Part shown: positions 46,007-55,236 of the stretch, piece after piece
How positions within the stretch are numbered: position 1 is the stretch's first letter
Layout: every line of letters starts with the position of its first letter
Source: Sphingomonadaceae bacterium
GTDB taxonomy: Bacteria > Pseudomonadota > Alphaproteobacteria > Sphingomonadales > Sphingomonadaceae
Direction: 5' to 3'
Length of the DNA stretch: 64,000 nt
Assembly (NCBI GenBank): GCA_046348665.1
Contig: JAXMDV010000001.1
Span: 1,859,797 to 1,923,796 of the forward strand
Position numbers and translations under genes: made by a program
Notes under the pieces: generated by a model
Told to the model about the DNA's origin: nothing
The model's database searches: none
Seen by the model: the letters and a program-made list of their open reading frames with translations, nothing else

Positions 46007-46606
46007 ATGTCAATTAGGAAGCGCCTGACCCAGGAGGAGAGCCGCACGGTCGCGCTGGAAGCCGCGCGGGCGCTGCTGATCGAGCTGGGGCCGCAGGCGG
46101 TGACGCTGAAGGCCGTGGCATCGCGGATCGGACGCACCCACGCCAACCTGCTGCACCACTTCGGTTCCGCCGCGGGACTGCAAAAGGCGCTGGCCGAGCA
46201 TCTGGCGGTGACCATCTGCGCGACGATCGAGGATGCCGTCCTGGCCAGCCGCGCGGGCGAGGGAACCCCGCGCGAGGTGGTGGACCTGACTTTCGATGCC
46301 TTCGACAAGGAAGGCGGCGGCGCGCTGGCCACGTGGATGCTGATGAACGGCAACGAGGACGCGCTCGACCCGCTGCTCGAGGCGATCCACGAACTGGTCG
46401 ACGACCTGGGCGAGCATGAGAGCGGCAAGATGCACGACATTACCCACGCGCTGTGCCTGATGGCGCTGGGCGATGCCCTGATGGGCGGCCCGCTATCGCA
46501 AAGCCTGGGCCTGCCGCGCACATCGGCGCGCGATACGGCGGAAAGGCTGCTGATCGACGGAGCGATCGCGGCGGGAATGGTGGTGCCGGGTCAGTCGGCC
46601 TGCTGA
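46007..46606 (+). CDS. TetR/AcrR family transcriptional regulator
   Basis: N-terminal HTH ALEAARALLIELGPQAVTLKAVASRIGRTHANLLHHFGS. It is divergent from the hydrolase gene. Confidence 0.88.
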   Translation: MSIRKRLTQEESRTVALEAARALLIELGPQAVTLKAVASRIGRTHANLLHHFGSAAGLQKALAEHLAVTICATIEDAVLASRAGEGTPREVVDLTFDAFDKEGGGALATWMLMNGNEDALDPLLEAIHELVDDLGEHESGKMHDITHALCLMALGDALMGGPLSQSLGLPRTSARDTAERLLIDGAIAAGMVVPGQSAC

Positions 46607-47304
46607 AGCCAGCCCGGCCGCCATTCGGGCCGGATATCTTCCACCCTGCGGTGGTCCACGGCGAGCCCCAATTGCGGATAGGCGGCGCGTTGGCGGGCCG
46701 GATCGCTGTCCGCCAACGGAATCACGACCAGCCGCCGGTTGACCTTCTGCCGCCAGTTCATCCGCGCGGTGTTCTCCTGGCCGACATAGCAGCCCTTGGT
46801 GAAACTCACCCCGTTCAGTTCCGCGGCGTTGCATTCGAGCCAGAGCAGGTCGGCAAGTTCGCCGTGCCCTTCGCAGACACCGTGGGAAAGCCGCACGGCA
46901 AGCCATTGCTCCTCCGCGCTTTCGCCATCCGGCTCGCCCAGCCAGCGCTGGCCCAGGGCGGCAAGGCGGGGATCGGGTGAGGGACCGTCCCCGGCTTGCC
47001 AGTGGACCCCCAGCGATGGGTCGAGCGCGATCCCGATCCTGCGGCGCAGGCGGTAGAGCGACAGGCGCCTGGCCAGCGCTTCGGCCTGGCCGGCTTCGCA
47101 GTCGATCAGCAGGTCCGCGCCGCCATCCCAGACCAGGAAATCGAACAGCACCTTGCCTTGCGGGCTGAGCAGCGCCGCCCAGCACGGCAGCGGGCCGGCC
47201 ACATCGTTGGTCACCAGCCCCTGCAGGAAGGCGCGCAGGTCCTCTCCTTCCTCAATCGGGGAGAGGCGGATCACGGCGCGGCTGGTCAGGCGGGTGGCGG
47301 TCAT
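46591..47304 (-). CDS. ygfZ: YgfZ/GcvT-like folate-binding protein
   Basis: Start at MTATRLTSRAVIRLSP. Motifs: FLQGLVTNDV, ALLSPQGKVLFDFLVW, and the KGCYVGQE signature. Confidence 0.85.
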   Translation of the reverse strand: MTATRLTSRAVIRLSPIEEGEDLRAFLQGLVTNDVAGPLPCWAALLSPQGKVLFDFLVWDGGADLLIDCEAGQAEALARRLSLYRLRRRIGIALDPSLGVHWQAGDGPSPDPRLAALGQRWLGEPDGESAEEQWLAVRLSHGVCEGHGELADLLWLECNAAELNGVSFTKGCYVGQENTARMNWRQKVNRRLVVIPLADSDPARQRAAYPQLGLAVDHRRVEDIRPEWRPGWLQQAD

Positions 47305-47342
47305 GGGTGACAGATAGGCATGGCCAAGCCTAAGGGGAAGGC

Positions 47343-48389
47343 ATGACCGAACCCGCGAATCGCCTGACCATCCGCCGCCCCGACGATTGGCACGTCCACT
47401 TGCGCGACGGCGCGGTGATGGCGGGGGTGCTGGCGCATACCGCGCGGCAGTTCGCCCGGGCAATCGTGATGCCCAACCTTTCACCGCCGGTCTCCAGCGT
47501 CGAAGCCGCGCGGGCCTATCGCAAGCGGATTGTCGCGGCGCTGCCCGCAGGCTCCACCTTTACCCCGCTGATAACCTGCTATCTTGTCGACGGGATCGAT
47601 CCCGAGGTGCTGGCGCAGGGCAAAGCCGAAGGCGTGTTCACCGCGGCAAAGCTGTACCCCGCGCACGCCACTACCGGATCGGCCCACGGCGTGACCGACA
47701 TTGCCACCATCTATCCGGCGCTTGAACGGATGCAAGCGATTGGCCTGCCGCTGCTGGTCCACGGCGAGGTGACCGACCATGCGGTCGACATCTTCGATCG
47801 CGAGGCGGTGTTCATCGAGCGCACCCTGACCCGCGTGGTGCGCGATTTTCCGGGGCTGAAAGTGGTGTTCGAACACATCACCACTCGGGATGCGGCCGAT
47901 TTCGTTCTGGCCGAGGGGCCGAATGTGGCCGCGACGATCACCCCGCAGCACCTCCACATCAACCGCAACGCGATGTTCGTTGGCGGGATCCGGCCGCACA
48001 TGTATTGCCTGCCGGTGGCCAAGCGCGAGGTGCACCGCCTGGCGCTGCGCAAGGCGGCAACATCGGGAAGTCCCAAGTTCTTCCTCGGCACCGACAGCGC
48101 CCCCCATGCCGTTGCCGCGAAGGAAGCCGCCTGCGGCTGCGCCGGGATCTTCAACGCGCCGTTCGCGCTCGAAAGCTATGTCCAGGTGTTCGACGAGGAG
48201 CAGGCGCTTGACCGGTTCGAGGGCTTTGCCTCGCTCCACGGTCCGGCGTTCTACGGCCTGCCGGTGAACGAGGCGACGGTCACGCTTGAACGCGGCGAGG
48301 TGCAGGTTCCGGCGGTGATCGACGCCAACGGCACCCCGATCGCGCCGTTCCACGCGGGCGAGACGCTAGGCTGGCGCTACCTGGGCTGA
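47343..48389 (+). CDS. pyrC: Dihydroorotase (homodimeric type)
   Basis: IRRPDDWHVHLRDG, AIVMPNL, AKLYPA, LVHGE, FLGTDSAPH. Confidence 0.92.
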   Translation: MTEPANRLTIRRPDDWHVHLRDGAVMAGVLAHTARQFARAIVMPNLSPPVSSVEAARAYRKRIVAALPAGSTFTPLITCYLVDGIDPEVLAQGKAEGVFTAAKLYPAHATTGSAHGVTDIATIYPALERMQAIGLPLLVHGEVTDHAVDIFDREAVFIERTLTRVVRDFPGLKVVFEHITTRDAADFVLAEGPNVAATITPQHLHINRNAMFVGGIRPHMYCLPVAKREVHRLALRKAATSGSPKFFLGTDSAPHAVAAKEAACGCAGIFNAPFALESYVQVFDEEQALDRFEGFASLHGPAFYGLPVNEATVTLERGEVQVPAVIDANGTPIAPFHAGETLGWRYLG

Positions 48390-49280
48390 TACGTTCCGCC
48401 GCCGCGCGAGGATATCCCAGACGAACACCGCGATCGCCGCCCAGATGAAGGCAAAGCAGGCCAGCTGGCTGGGCTTCAGCGGCTCCTCGAACACGGTCAC
48501 GCCCAGGATGAACACCAGTGTCGGCGAAAGGAACTGGGTCATCCCGAGGCTGGAATAGTCCATCCGCCGCGCCGCCGCCCCGAACAGCAGCAGCGGTATT
48601 CCGGTCATCAGCCCCGAAAAGGCGACCAACGCCGAATTGCCGATGCCGTGGCCCATCGCCGTGCCGGCCGGGCTTTCGGCATACCAGGCCACTACCAGCG
48701 TTGCGGGGACCAGCAGCAGCAGGGTCTCGATCGTCAGGCCCGACAGCGATTCGACCGGAGCCAGCTTGCGCACCAGGCCATAGGCGGAAAAGCTGATCGC
48801 CAGCGACAGGCTGATCCACAGCATGTCGCGTGCATCCCAGGCCAGCAGCGAGACGCCCAGCGCCGCCAGGGCCACCGCCAGCCATTGCCGCCGGCCAAGC
48901 CGCTCACCCAAAAACAGCGTGCCGGCCAGGACATTGGCCAAGGGGTTGATGTAGTAGCCCAGGCTCGAGGCGACGACATGTCCGGCCTGGATCGCGGCAA
49001 TGTAGATCGTCCAATTGAGCGCGACCAGGGCGGCGCTGACCGCCAGCACCCCGGCGATACGCGGATTGGCCAGCGCGCGCAGCACGGCGCCATGCTCGCG
49101 CCGGATGGCCACGAACAGCAGGCAGACCGGCAGCGTGCAGATGATCCGCCAGCCGATGAATTCATAGGGCGGCACCCAATGGACCAGCCGCAGGTAAAGC
49201 GGCATGATCCCCCAGAAGAGATAGGCGCCCAGCGCCATGCCAAGGCCGCCGTGCGGATGAGGGCTATGCTGGCGGTCCAT
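48366..49280 (-). CDS. rarD: EamA/RarD family transporter
   Basis: Start at MDRQHSPHPHGGLGMALGAYLFWGIMPLYLRL (typical RarD N-terminus). 10-TM pattern. The 3' end overlaps the convergent pyrC by 24 nt. Confidence 0.8.
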   Translation of the reverse strand: MDRQHSPHPHGGLGMALGAYLFWGIMPLYLRLVHWVPPYEFIGWRIICTLPVCLLFVAIRREHGAVLRALANPRIAGVLAVSAALVALNWTIYIAAIQAGHVVASSLGYYINPLANVLAGTLFLGERLGRRQWLAVALAALGVSLLAWDARDMLWISLSLAISFSAYGLVRKLAPVESLSGLTIETLLLLVPATLVVAWYAESPAGTAMGHGIGNSALVAFSGLMTGIPLLLFGAAARRMDYSSLGMTQFLSPTLVFILGVTVFEEPLKPSQLACFAFIWAAIAVFVWDILARRRNVSAQVAPA

Positions 49281-49334
49281 CGCCGCCCCGCTAGCCGCGC
49301 GGACGGCGCACGGCAAGGGGACAACCCCGCCGCT

Positions 49335-49906
49335 TCGTCATTGCGAGCGTAGCGAAGCAATCCAGACCGCAGCGCTGAACCGCCTCTGGATTGCTTCGCT
49401 ACGCTCGCAATGACGAAAGGTGGTGCCGGGGGAAGCACGCATCACCACCCCAACCTCGTCATTGCGAGGGGCGCAGCCCCGCGGCAATCCAGGAGGCGGC
49501 ACTGCGCGGCCTCTGGATTGCTTCGCTGCGCTCGCAATGACGAAGGGTGGTGGATTGGGAAAACCCGCAGCCCCCCCCCACCTCGTCATTGCGAGGGGCG
49601 CAGCCCCGCGGCAATCCAGACGGCGGCGCGCTCGGCCCCTGGATTGCTTCGCTACGCTCGCAATGACGAAGGGTGGTGCCGGGGGAAGCCCGCATCACCC
49701 CCCATCTCGTCATTGCGAGGGGCGCAGCCCCGCGGCAATCCAGGAGGCGGTGCCACACGGCGCCTGGATTGCTTCGCTGCGCTCGCAATGACGAAGGGTG
49801 GTGGAGGAAACCCGCAGCCACCCCCCCACCTCGTCATTGCGAGGGGCAAGGCCCCGCGGCAATCCAGGAGGCGGCACTGCGCGGCTTCTGGTCGTTCGCA
49901 AAGACG
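49335..49906. repeat. Tandem array of five ~121-127-nt hairpin units (family B) with alternating linkers; not a CRISPR
   Basis: Unit starts (TCGTCATTGCGAG) are at 49335, 49456, 49583, 49707 and 49831. Each unit has a CAATCCAG..CTGGATTG hairpin ending in CGCTCGCAATGACGA. Linkers alternate between GGTGGTGCCGGGGGAAGC.CGCATCACC and GGTGGTGGA..GGAAAACCCGCAGCC. The last unit is decayed. Confidence 0.9.
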
Positions 49907-49972
49907 AAAAGCACCTTCGCCATTTCGATACGATCTAGGCAGCACCGCCATGCTGCGGCACAAGGTGCGGCG

Positions 49973-50665
49973 ATGACCTTGCGCCGAACCCTTGTCCTGA
50001 CGCTGACCATTGCGCTCGCGGCCTGTTCAGGCGGCGAGGCGGCGGACGGCGGGCAGCGGGATTCGGTGGTGGCTGCCGCGCTCGACGATCCGCTGCTGAC
50101 CGATCCCGATCTGACCAGCCAGAATCGCGGCAATGCCGCGCTCGACGGGGGGCTTCCCGATGGAGCCGTGCCGGCCTTCAAGCGCGGCGACGAGGAGATC
50201 GCGGCGGCGCGGGCCGAGGCCGAGCGGCTGCTGGGCCGCACGATCCCCGCCGCGCCCGATGCGGTGCATAGTGCCAAGGCCTCGCGGCTGGCCGGTGCCC
50301 AGACCCTGCAGGCGATCGCCGCGGCCACCGCGCCGGGCAAGGCCTGTGCCGAGCGGATCGAGTACGGCTTTGCCTGGGCCGCGCGGCTGCCGGCGGCGCT
50401 GCCGATCTATCCGCGCGGGCATGCGCTGGTGGCGGGCGGATCGGATCAGGCCGGGTGCCAGCTGCGCGCGGTGCGCTTTGTCACTCCGGTCCCGGTTGGC
50501 GATGTGCTGGCGTTCTATCACGCCAGCGCCAGCGGGGCGAAGCTGCCGGTGCAGCACAGCCGCGAAGGCGATGACGATGTGCTTGAGGGCGCGGGCTTTG
50601 CCCTGTTCGTCCGCACACGCGCCGACGGCCTGACCGAAGCCGACCTGATCGCCAACGGAATCTAG
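49973..50665 (+). CDS. Hypothetical lipoprotein
   Basis: Start at MTLRRTLVLTLTIALAAC (lipobox). 230 aa. No family recognised. Confidence 0.6.
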   Translation: MTLRRTLVLTLTIALAACSGGEAADGGQRDSVVAAALDDPLLTDPDLTSQNRGNAALDGGLPDGAVPAFKRGDEEIAAARAEAERLLGRTIPAAPDAVHSAKASRLAGAQTLQAIAAATAPGKACAERIEYGFAWAARLPAALPIYPRGHALVAGGSDQAGCQLRAVRFVTPVPVGDVLAFYHASASGAKLPVQHSREGDDDVLEGAGFALFVRTRADGLTEADLIANGI

Positions 50666-52077
50666 GCGTCGCGCAGCCCCACGCCGATCACCGCGCGCGG
50701 CTGTTCCATTTCGTTCGAGGCGACCGGATAGGCGCAATAGTCCGCCGCGTAGTAGGCGCTGGGGCGGTGGTTGCCCGACAGGCCCACGCCGCCGAACGGG
50801 GCGGACGAGCTGGCCCCGTTGGTCGGGCGGTTCCAGTTGATGACCCCGGCGCGGATATTGGCCCAGAAGCGGTTGTAGTCCTGCGGCGTGCCGCCCACCA
50901 GCGAAGCGGAAAGCCCGAAGCGCGAATTGTTGGCCTCGGCGATCGCCTCGTCGAAATCGCCGACCTGGACGACTTGCAGCAAGGGACCGAACAGCTCGAC
51001 ATCGGGGCGGTCCTTGACCTGGGTGACATCGATGATCGAGGGCGAAAGGAACGGCAGGTCGTCGTGCTGGCGAACCATGTGCTTGATCGCCTTGCCGCCG
51101 TGGCTGAGCAGGTAGAGGAAGCTTTCGGTCAGGCCGTCGGCGGCGGCATTGTCGATCACCGGGCCCATGAACGGCACGGGATCGTCGAACGGGGCGCCGA
51201 CGATCAGCCGGTCGGCCAGCCGTTTGACCTCGCCGATCAGGGCGTCGTACATCGTCGACTTGACGATCAGCCGGCGCGCGGCGGTGCAGCGCTGGCCGGC
51301 CGAGGTGAAGGCGGACTGGACCACCAGCGCGGCGGCGTCGGTGATCTTGGGGGTATCCCACACCACCATCGGGTTGTTGCCGCCCATTTCGAGCGCGACG
51401 ATCTTGTCCGGCCGCACGGCCAGGCGGCGGTTGATCGCGATCCCGGTATGCGCCGATCCGGTGAACAGCACGCCGTCGATCCCTTCGTGGCCGACCAGCG
51501 CCTGGCCTTCCTCGGCCCCGCCGACCAGCAACTGCGCCACCGCCGCCGAAATTCCCGCGCGGTGCAGGCATTGCAGCAGCATTTCGCCGGTGGCCGGGGT
51601 CTTTTCCGATGGCTTGAAGATCACCACGTTGCCCGCGATCAGCGCCGGGATGATGTGGCCGTTGGGCAGGTGGGCGGGAAAATTGTAGGGCCCCAGCACC
51701 GCCATGACGCCATGCGGCTTGTGCCGCAGCGATGCGGTGCCCTGGAGCGCGTTGTCGAGTTTGCGCTGCGAGGTCCGCTCGGCATAGGCGCGAATCGAAA
51801 TCTCGACCTTGTTGACCACGCTTTCGACTTCGGTGCGCGCTTCCCACAATGGCTTGCCGGTTTCGCGCGCGATCATCGTCGCCAGCTTTTCGGCATCCTT
51901 GCGCACTTCGTTGGCGAAGCGGCGGACCAGTTCCATCCGGGTGGCGAGCGGCTGGGCCGCCCAGGTCGGCCAGGCCCGCCGGGCGCGGTCCACAATCTCG
52001 TCCACATTGCCATGCTTGCCGCGCCAGATCTCGGCCCCGGTCGCCGGTTCAAAGGAAATCAGCTGCGGCTTGCTCAA
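50662..52077 (-). CDS. astD: Aldehyde dehydrogenase, N-succinylglutamate 5-semialdehyde dehydrogenase (AstD)-like
   Basis: 471 aa: FKPSEKTP, LEMGGNNP, QRCTAARR (catalytic Cys), and the C-terminal SSSAPFGGVGLSGNHRPSAYYAADYCAYP. Confidence 0.7.
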   Translation of the reverse strand: MSKPQLISFEPATGAEIWRGKHGNVDEIVDRARRAWPTWAAQPLATRMELVRRFANEVRKDAEKLATMIARETGKPLWEARTEVESVVNKVEISIRAYAERTSQRKLDNALQGTASLRHKPHGVMAVLGPYNFPAHLPNGHIIPALIAGNVVIFKPSEKTPATGEMLLQCLHRAGISAAVAQLLVGGAEEGQALVGHEGIDGVLFTGSAHTGIAINRRLAVRPDKIVALEMGGNNPMVVWDTPKITDAAALVVQSAFTSAGQRCTAARRLIVKSTMYDALIGEVKRLADRLIVGAPFDDPVPFMGPVIDNAAADGLTESFLYLLSHGGKAIKHMVRQHDDLPFLSPSIIDVTQVKDRPDVELFGPLLQVVQVGDFDEAIAEANNSRFGLSASLVGGTPQDYNRFWANIRAGVINWNRPTNGASSSAPFGGVGLSGNHRPSAYYAADYCAYPVASNEMEQPRAVIGVGLRDA

Positions 52078-52252
52078 AGAACCTGTCCCGTCCTGTTGTG
52101 GTTGCGATCCCCAGGGTCGCTAGGGCCTTAGTGCCTTGCGCCAAGGTTGGGAAGCCTTCGTTTTCCGGCCCGGTCTCCTGCTTGATTCCGGGTGGGAAAT
52201 TTGTGCCGCGCGGCTTGCGCCGGTGCGCTCGTCGAGCGATAGAGCAGCGGAT

Positions 52253-53146
52253 ATGACCGCCGAAACCGCCGCGCCAGCTTCGCCAGCAGAAGCAGCCTTC
52301 GCCGATGGCTACTGGACCAGCCGCGATGGCCTGAAACTGCACTACCGCGACTATCCCGGCCGCGCCGATCGTCCCGCCGTGCTGTGCCTGCCGGGGCTGA
52401 CCCGCAACGCCCGCGATTTCGCGCATGTCGCGCAGCGCATCGCCGGGGACTGGCGCGTGGTCTGCCCCGATCTGCGCGGCCGCGGCGACAGCGCCTATGC
52501 GCGGGAATCGGCCACCTACAATCCGCTGCAATATGTCGAGGATCTGGGCGAACTGTTCGACCAGGCGGGGATCGAACGGTTCGTGGCGATCGGCACTTCG
52601 CTGGGCGGGCTGCTGACCATGATCATGGCGATGACCATGCCCGATCGCGTCGCCGGGGCGCTGCTCAACGATGTCGGACCCGAAGTTTCGCCCGAAGGGC
52701 TTGAGCGGATCCGCGGCTATGTCGGCCAGGGCCGCACCTTCCCGACCTGGATGCACGCCGCGCGCGCGCTCGAGGAAAGCCAGGCGGCGGCTTTCCCGGA
52801 CTACCGGATTTCCGACTGGCTCGACATGGCCCGGCGCTGCATGGTGGTGGGCGGCAACGGGCGGATCGTGTTCGATTACGACATGAAGATCGCCGAACCC
52901 TTTTCCCAGCCCGGCGGCGACGGCGTGGTCGACATGTGGCCGTTCCTGCTCGCGCTGAAGGACAAGCCGGCGGCGCTGCTGCGCGGCGAACTGTCCGACA
53001 TCCTCAGCGAAGAGGTCCACCGCAGGATGGCCGAAAGCCTTCCGGGCAGCGATGCGGTGACAGTCCCTCGCGTCGGCCACGCGCCCATGCTGGATGAGCG
53101 CGAGGCCGTTGCGGCAATAGACCGGCTGCTGGCGCGGGTGGGATGA
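52253..53146 (+). CDS. Alpha/beta hydrolase
   Basis: Start at MTAETAAPAS (ATG 52253). Motifs: VLCLPGLTRNARDF, AIGTSLGG (GxSxG), GHAPMLDE. Confidence 0.8.
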   Translation: MTAETAAPASPAEAAFADGYWTSRDGLKLHYRDYPGRADRPAVLCLPGLTRNARDFAHVAQRIAGDWRVVCPDLRGRGDSAYARESATYNPLQYVEDLGELFDQAGIERFVAIGTSLGGLLTMIMAMTMPDRVAGALLNDVGPEVSPEGLERIRGYVGQGRTFPTWMHAARALEESQAAAFPDYRISDWLDMARRCMVVGGNGRIVFDYDMKIAEPFSQPGGDGVVDMWPFLLALKDKPAALLRGELSDILSEEVHRRMAESLPGSDAVTVPRVGHAPMLDEREAVAAIDRLLARVG

Positions 53147-54291
53147 GCCGGCCGGCCGGTCCGTTGCGCCTGCTCCACCTGCATTCGAGCTTTTCCCCCG
53201 GCGGCAAGGAACTGCGCGCCGCCCGGCTGATGAACCTGTTCGGCGCGGGCATCGAACATACCGTGGTTTCCGGCGTGCCCGGCGAACTGGGCGCGGCGAA
53301 GGCGGTCGATCCGGCGGTCACGGTATCCTATCCCGATGATTTCCCGCCGCTGTCGGGCCGGCCGCTGCCCGCCCGCCTGCTGCGCCTGGCCCGGGCGATG
53401 CGGGGCTTCGACCTGGTCCTGACCTACAACTGGGGCGCGATGGATGCGGTCATGGCGCACCGGCTGTTCGCCAGGGCGCTGAACCTGCCGCCGCTGGTCC
53501 ATCACGAGGACGGCTTCAACCGCGACGAGGCCGAGCGGCTCAGCCCGCTGCGCAATCTCTATCGCCGCCTGGCGATGGCCGGGGCGGCAGCGCTGGTCGT
53601 GCCTTCGCGGCGGCTTGAGGCGATCGCGCTGGAGGCCTGGCACCTGCCGCCGGCACGGGTGCGGCGGATCGCCAATGGCATTGCGCTTGACCGCTACGCC
53701 GCTGCCGCGCGCGGCGATGCCCTGCCGGGCCTGGTCAAGCAGCCGGGGGAATTGTGGCTGGGAACACTGGCTGGGCTGCGCATGGTCAAGAACCTGCCTC
53801 GGCTGGTCCGCGCCTTCGCCGCCATGCCCGCCGACTGGCGCCTGGTGATCGTCGGCGAAGGCCCCGAACGCGGCGCGATCCTGGCCGAGGCCGCGCGGCT
53901 GGGAATCGAAGCGCGCGTGCACCTGCCGGGCTTCGCGCCGGACCCGGCCGAAGTGGCGGGCCTGTTCGATCTCTTCGCGCTTTCTTCGGACAGCGAGCAG
54001 TTCCCGATCTCGGTGGTCGAGGCAATGGCCGCCGGCCTCGCTGTGGTCAGCCCGGCGGTGGGCGATGTCGCGGCGATGGTCGCCCCTGAAAACGCGGGCT
54101 GGATCGTGGCTTGCGGCGACGAAGCAGGGCTTGCCGACGCGCTTGCCGAGGCTGCGGCCCGGCCCGATCTGCGCGCGGCAATCGGCGCCGCGAACCGTGC
54201 GCGGGCCAAGGCCGAATACGATGAGGCGGCGATGCTGGCTGCCTACCGCCTGGTCTATGCCCAGGCGATGGGGCGCGGACAGTTTCCCTGA
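53143..54291 (+). CDS. Glycosyltransferase family 4 (GT-B, RfaG-like)
   Basis: LRLLHLHSSFSPGGKE, GEGPERGAILAEAARLGI, SDSEQFPISVVEAMAAGLAVV (EX7E region). Confidence 0.85.
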   Translation: MSRPAGPLRLLHLHSSFSPGGKELRAARLMNLFGAGIEHTVVSGVPGELGAAKAVDPAVTVSYPDDFPPLSGRPLPARLLRLARAMRGFDLVLTYNWGAMDAVMAHRLFARALNLPPLVHHEDGFNRDEAERLSPLRNLYRRLAMAGAAALVVPSRRLEAIALEAWHLPPARVRRIANGIALDRYAAAARGDALPGLVKQPGELWLGTLAGLRMVKNLPRLVRAFAAMPADWRLVIVGEGPERGAILAEAARLGIEARVHLPGFAPDPAEVAGLFDLFALSSDSEQFPISVVEAMAAGLAVVSPAVGDVAAMVAPENAGWIVACGDEAGLADALAEAAARPDLRAAIGAANRARAKAEYDEAAMLAAYRLVYAQAMGRGQFP

Positions 54292-54389
54292 GCACCGTTC
54301 ACCGCAGCTTCAGCGGGGCATATCCACAAGATGCGCGTTGAAATGGCCCCACCATTCGCTAAACAGCGCGGCAATCGTATATCCAGCCA

Positions 54390-55211
54390 GTGAAGGCAGT
54401 ACTCTTGGCCATCGAACCCCCCAAGCTCCCAGTATCGTCGCCCAAGGCCGCCGAACGCGATGCGGCGCAGCAGGACGGCTTCCTGCGCGAAGTCGACGAA
54501 GCGCTGCGCGAAGAACAGATGGTCAATGCCGTCAAGCGCTATGCCAAGCCGGTGGGCGGGGCGATCGCGGCGATCCTGCTGGCGATGGGCGGCTATTTCG
54601 CCTGGGACTATTCGGTGAAGAGCGCCGCGGCCGAACGCAGCGAAAAGGCCGTCCTGGCCTTTGACAAGATGCAGGCCGGACAGCTTGATGCGGCCGCGGC
54701 CGATCTGATGCCGCTGCTCAAGGACGGCACTCCCGGCAGCCGCGCCGTGGCGGCGATGAACCTGGCCGCGATCGCGCTGGCCCAGGGCAAGGAACAGGAA
54801 GCCGCCAGGCAATTCGCCGCGATTGCCGCCGATGGTTCGGCGCCCAAGCCGTTTCGCGATCTGGCCGCGATTCGCGAAGTGACGATCCGCTTTGACACGA
54901 TGAAGAGCGAGGACGTGGTCGCGCGGATGAAGCCGCTGGCCGTGCCGGGCAGTCCGTTCTTCGGCAGCGCGGGTGAGCTTCTGGGCATGGCCTATCTCGA
55001 CCAGGGCAAGCCCGATCTTGCCGGCGCGCTGTTCGCGCAGATCGGCAAGGACCAGGACGCACCCAAATCGCTGCGCGCGCGGGCCAAGCAGATGGCCAGC
55101 AGCCTCGGCTACGATGGCGGGGTCGATATCCCCAGCGAAGCTCCCGAACAGCCGGCCGCACCCGCCGGCGCCGCGCCCGCCGCCGGCGCCCCTTCCGCGC
55201 CCAAGCAATAA
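54390..55211 (+). CDS. YfgM-like TPR membrane protein (upstream partner of bamB)
   Basis: GTG start. FLREVDEALREEQM, one TM segment (GGAIAAILLAMGGYFAW), then a TPR-like helical domain. An Ala/Pro-rich tail follows. Confidence 0.6.
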   Translation: MKAVLLAIEPPKLPVSSPKAAERDAAQQDGFLREVDEALREEQMVNAVKRYAKPVGGAIAAILLAMGGYFAWDYSVKSAAAERSEKAVLAFDKMQAGQLDAAAADLMPLLKDGTPGSRAVAAMNLAAIALAQGKEQEAARQFAAIAADGSAPKPFRDLAAIREVTIRFDTMKSEDVVARMKPLAVPGSPFFGSAGELLGMAYLDQGKPDLAGALFAQIGKDQDAPKSLRARAKQMASSLGYDGGVDIPSEAPEQPAAPAGAAPAAGAPSAPKQ

Positions 55212-55236
55212 TACGGCAACAGCCAAGGATCACTTG

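Noticed and set aside
48366-48389. 24-nt convergent overlap of the pyrC and rarD 3' ends (and the 16-nt overlap of the tetR and ygfZ ends at 46591-46606) as a possible antisense regulatory arrangement
   Set aside because: Short 3'-3' overlaps are common in compact high-GC genomes. No hairpin or other structure is visible there.
49335-49906. Regularly spaced ~30-nt repeats that a CRISPR finder might flag as an array
   Set aside because: The repeats occur in alternating orientation as hairpin arms. The intervening 'spacers' are themselves repeated (two alternating types). No cas genes or leader are nearby, and the same unit occurs singly at 10027-10105. This is a REP/BIME-like cluster, not a CRISPR.
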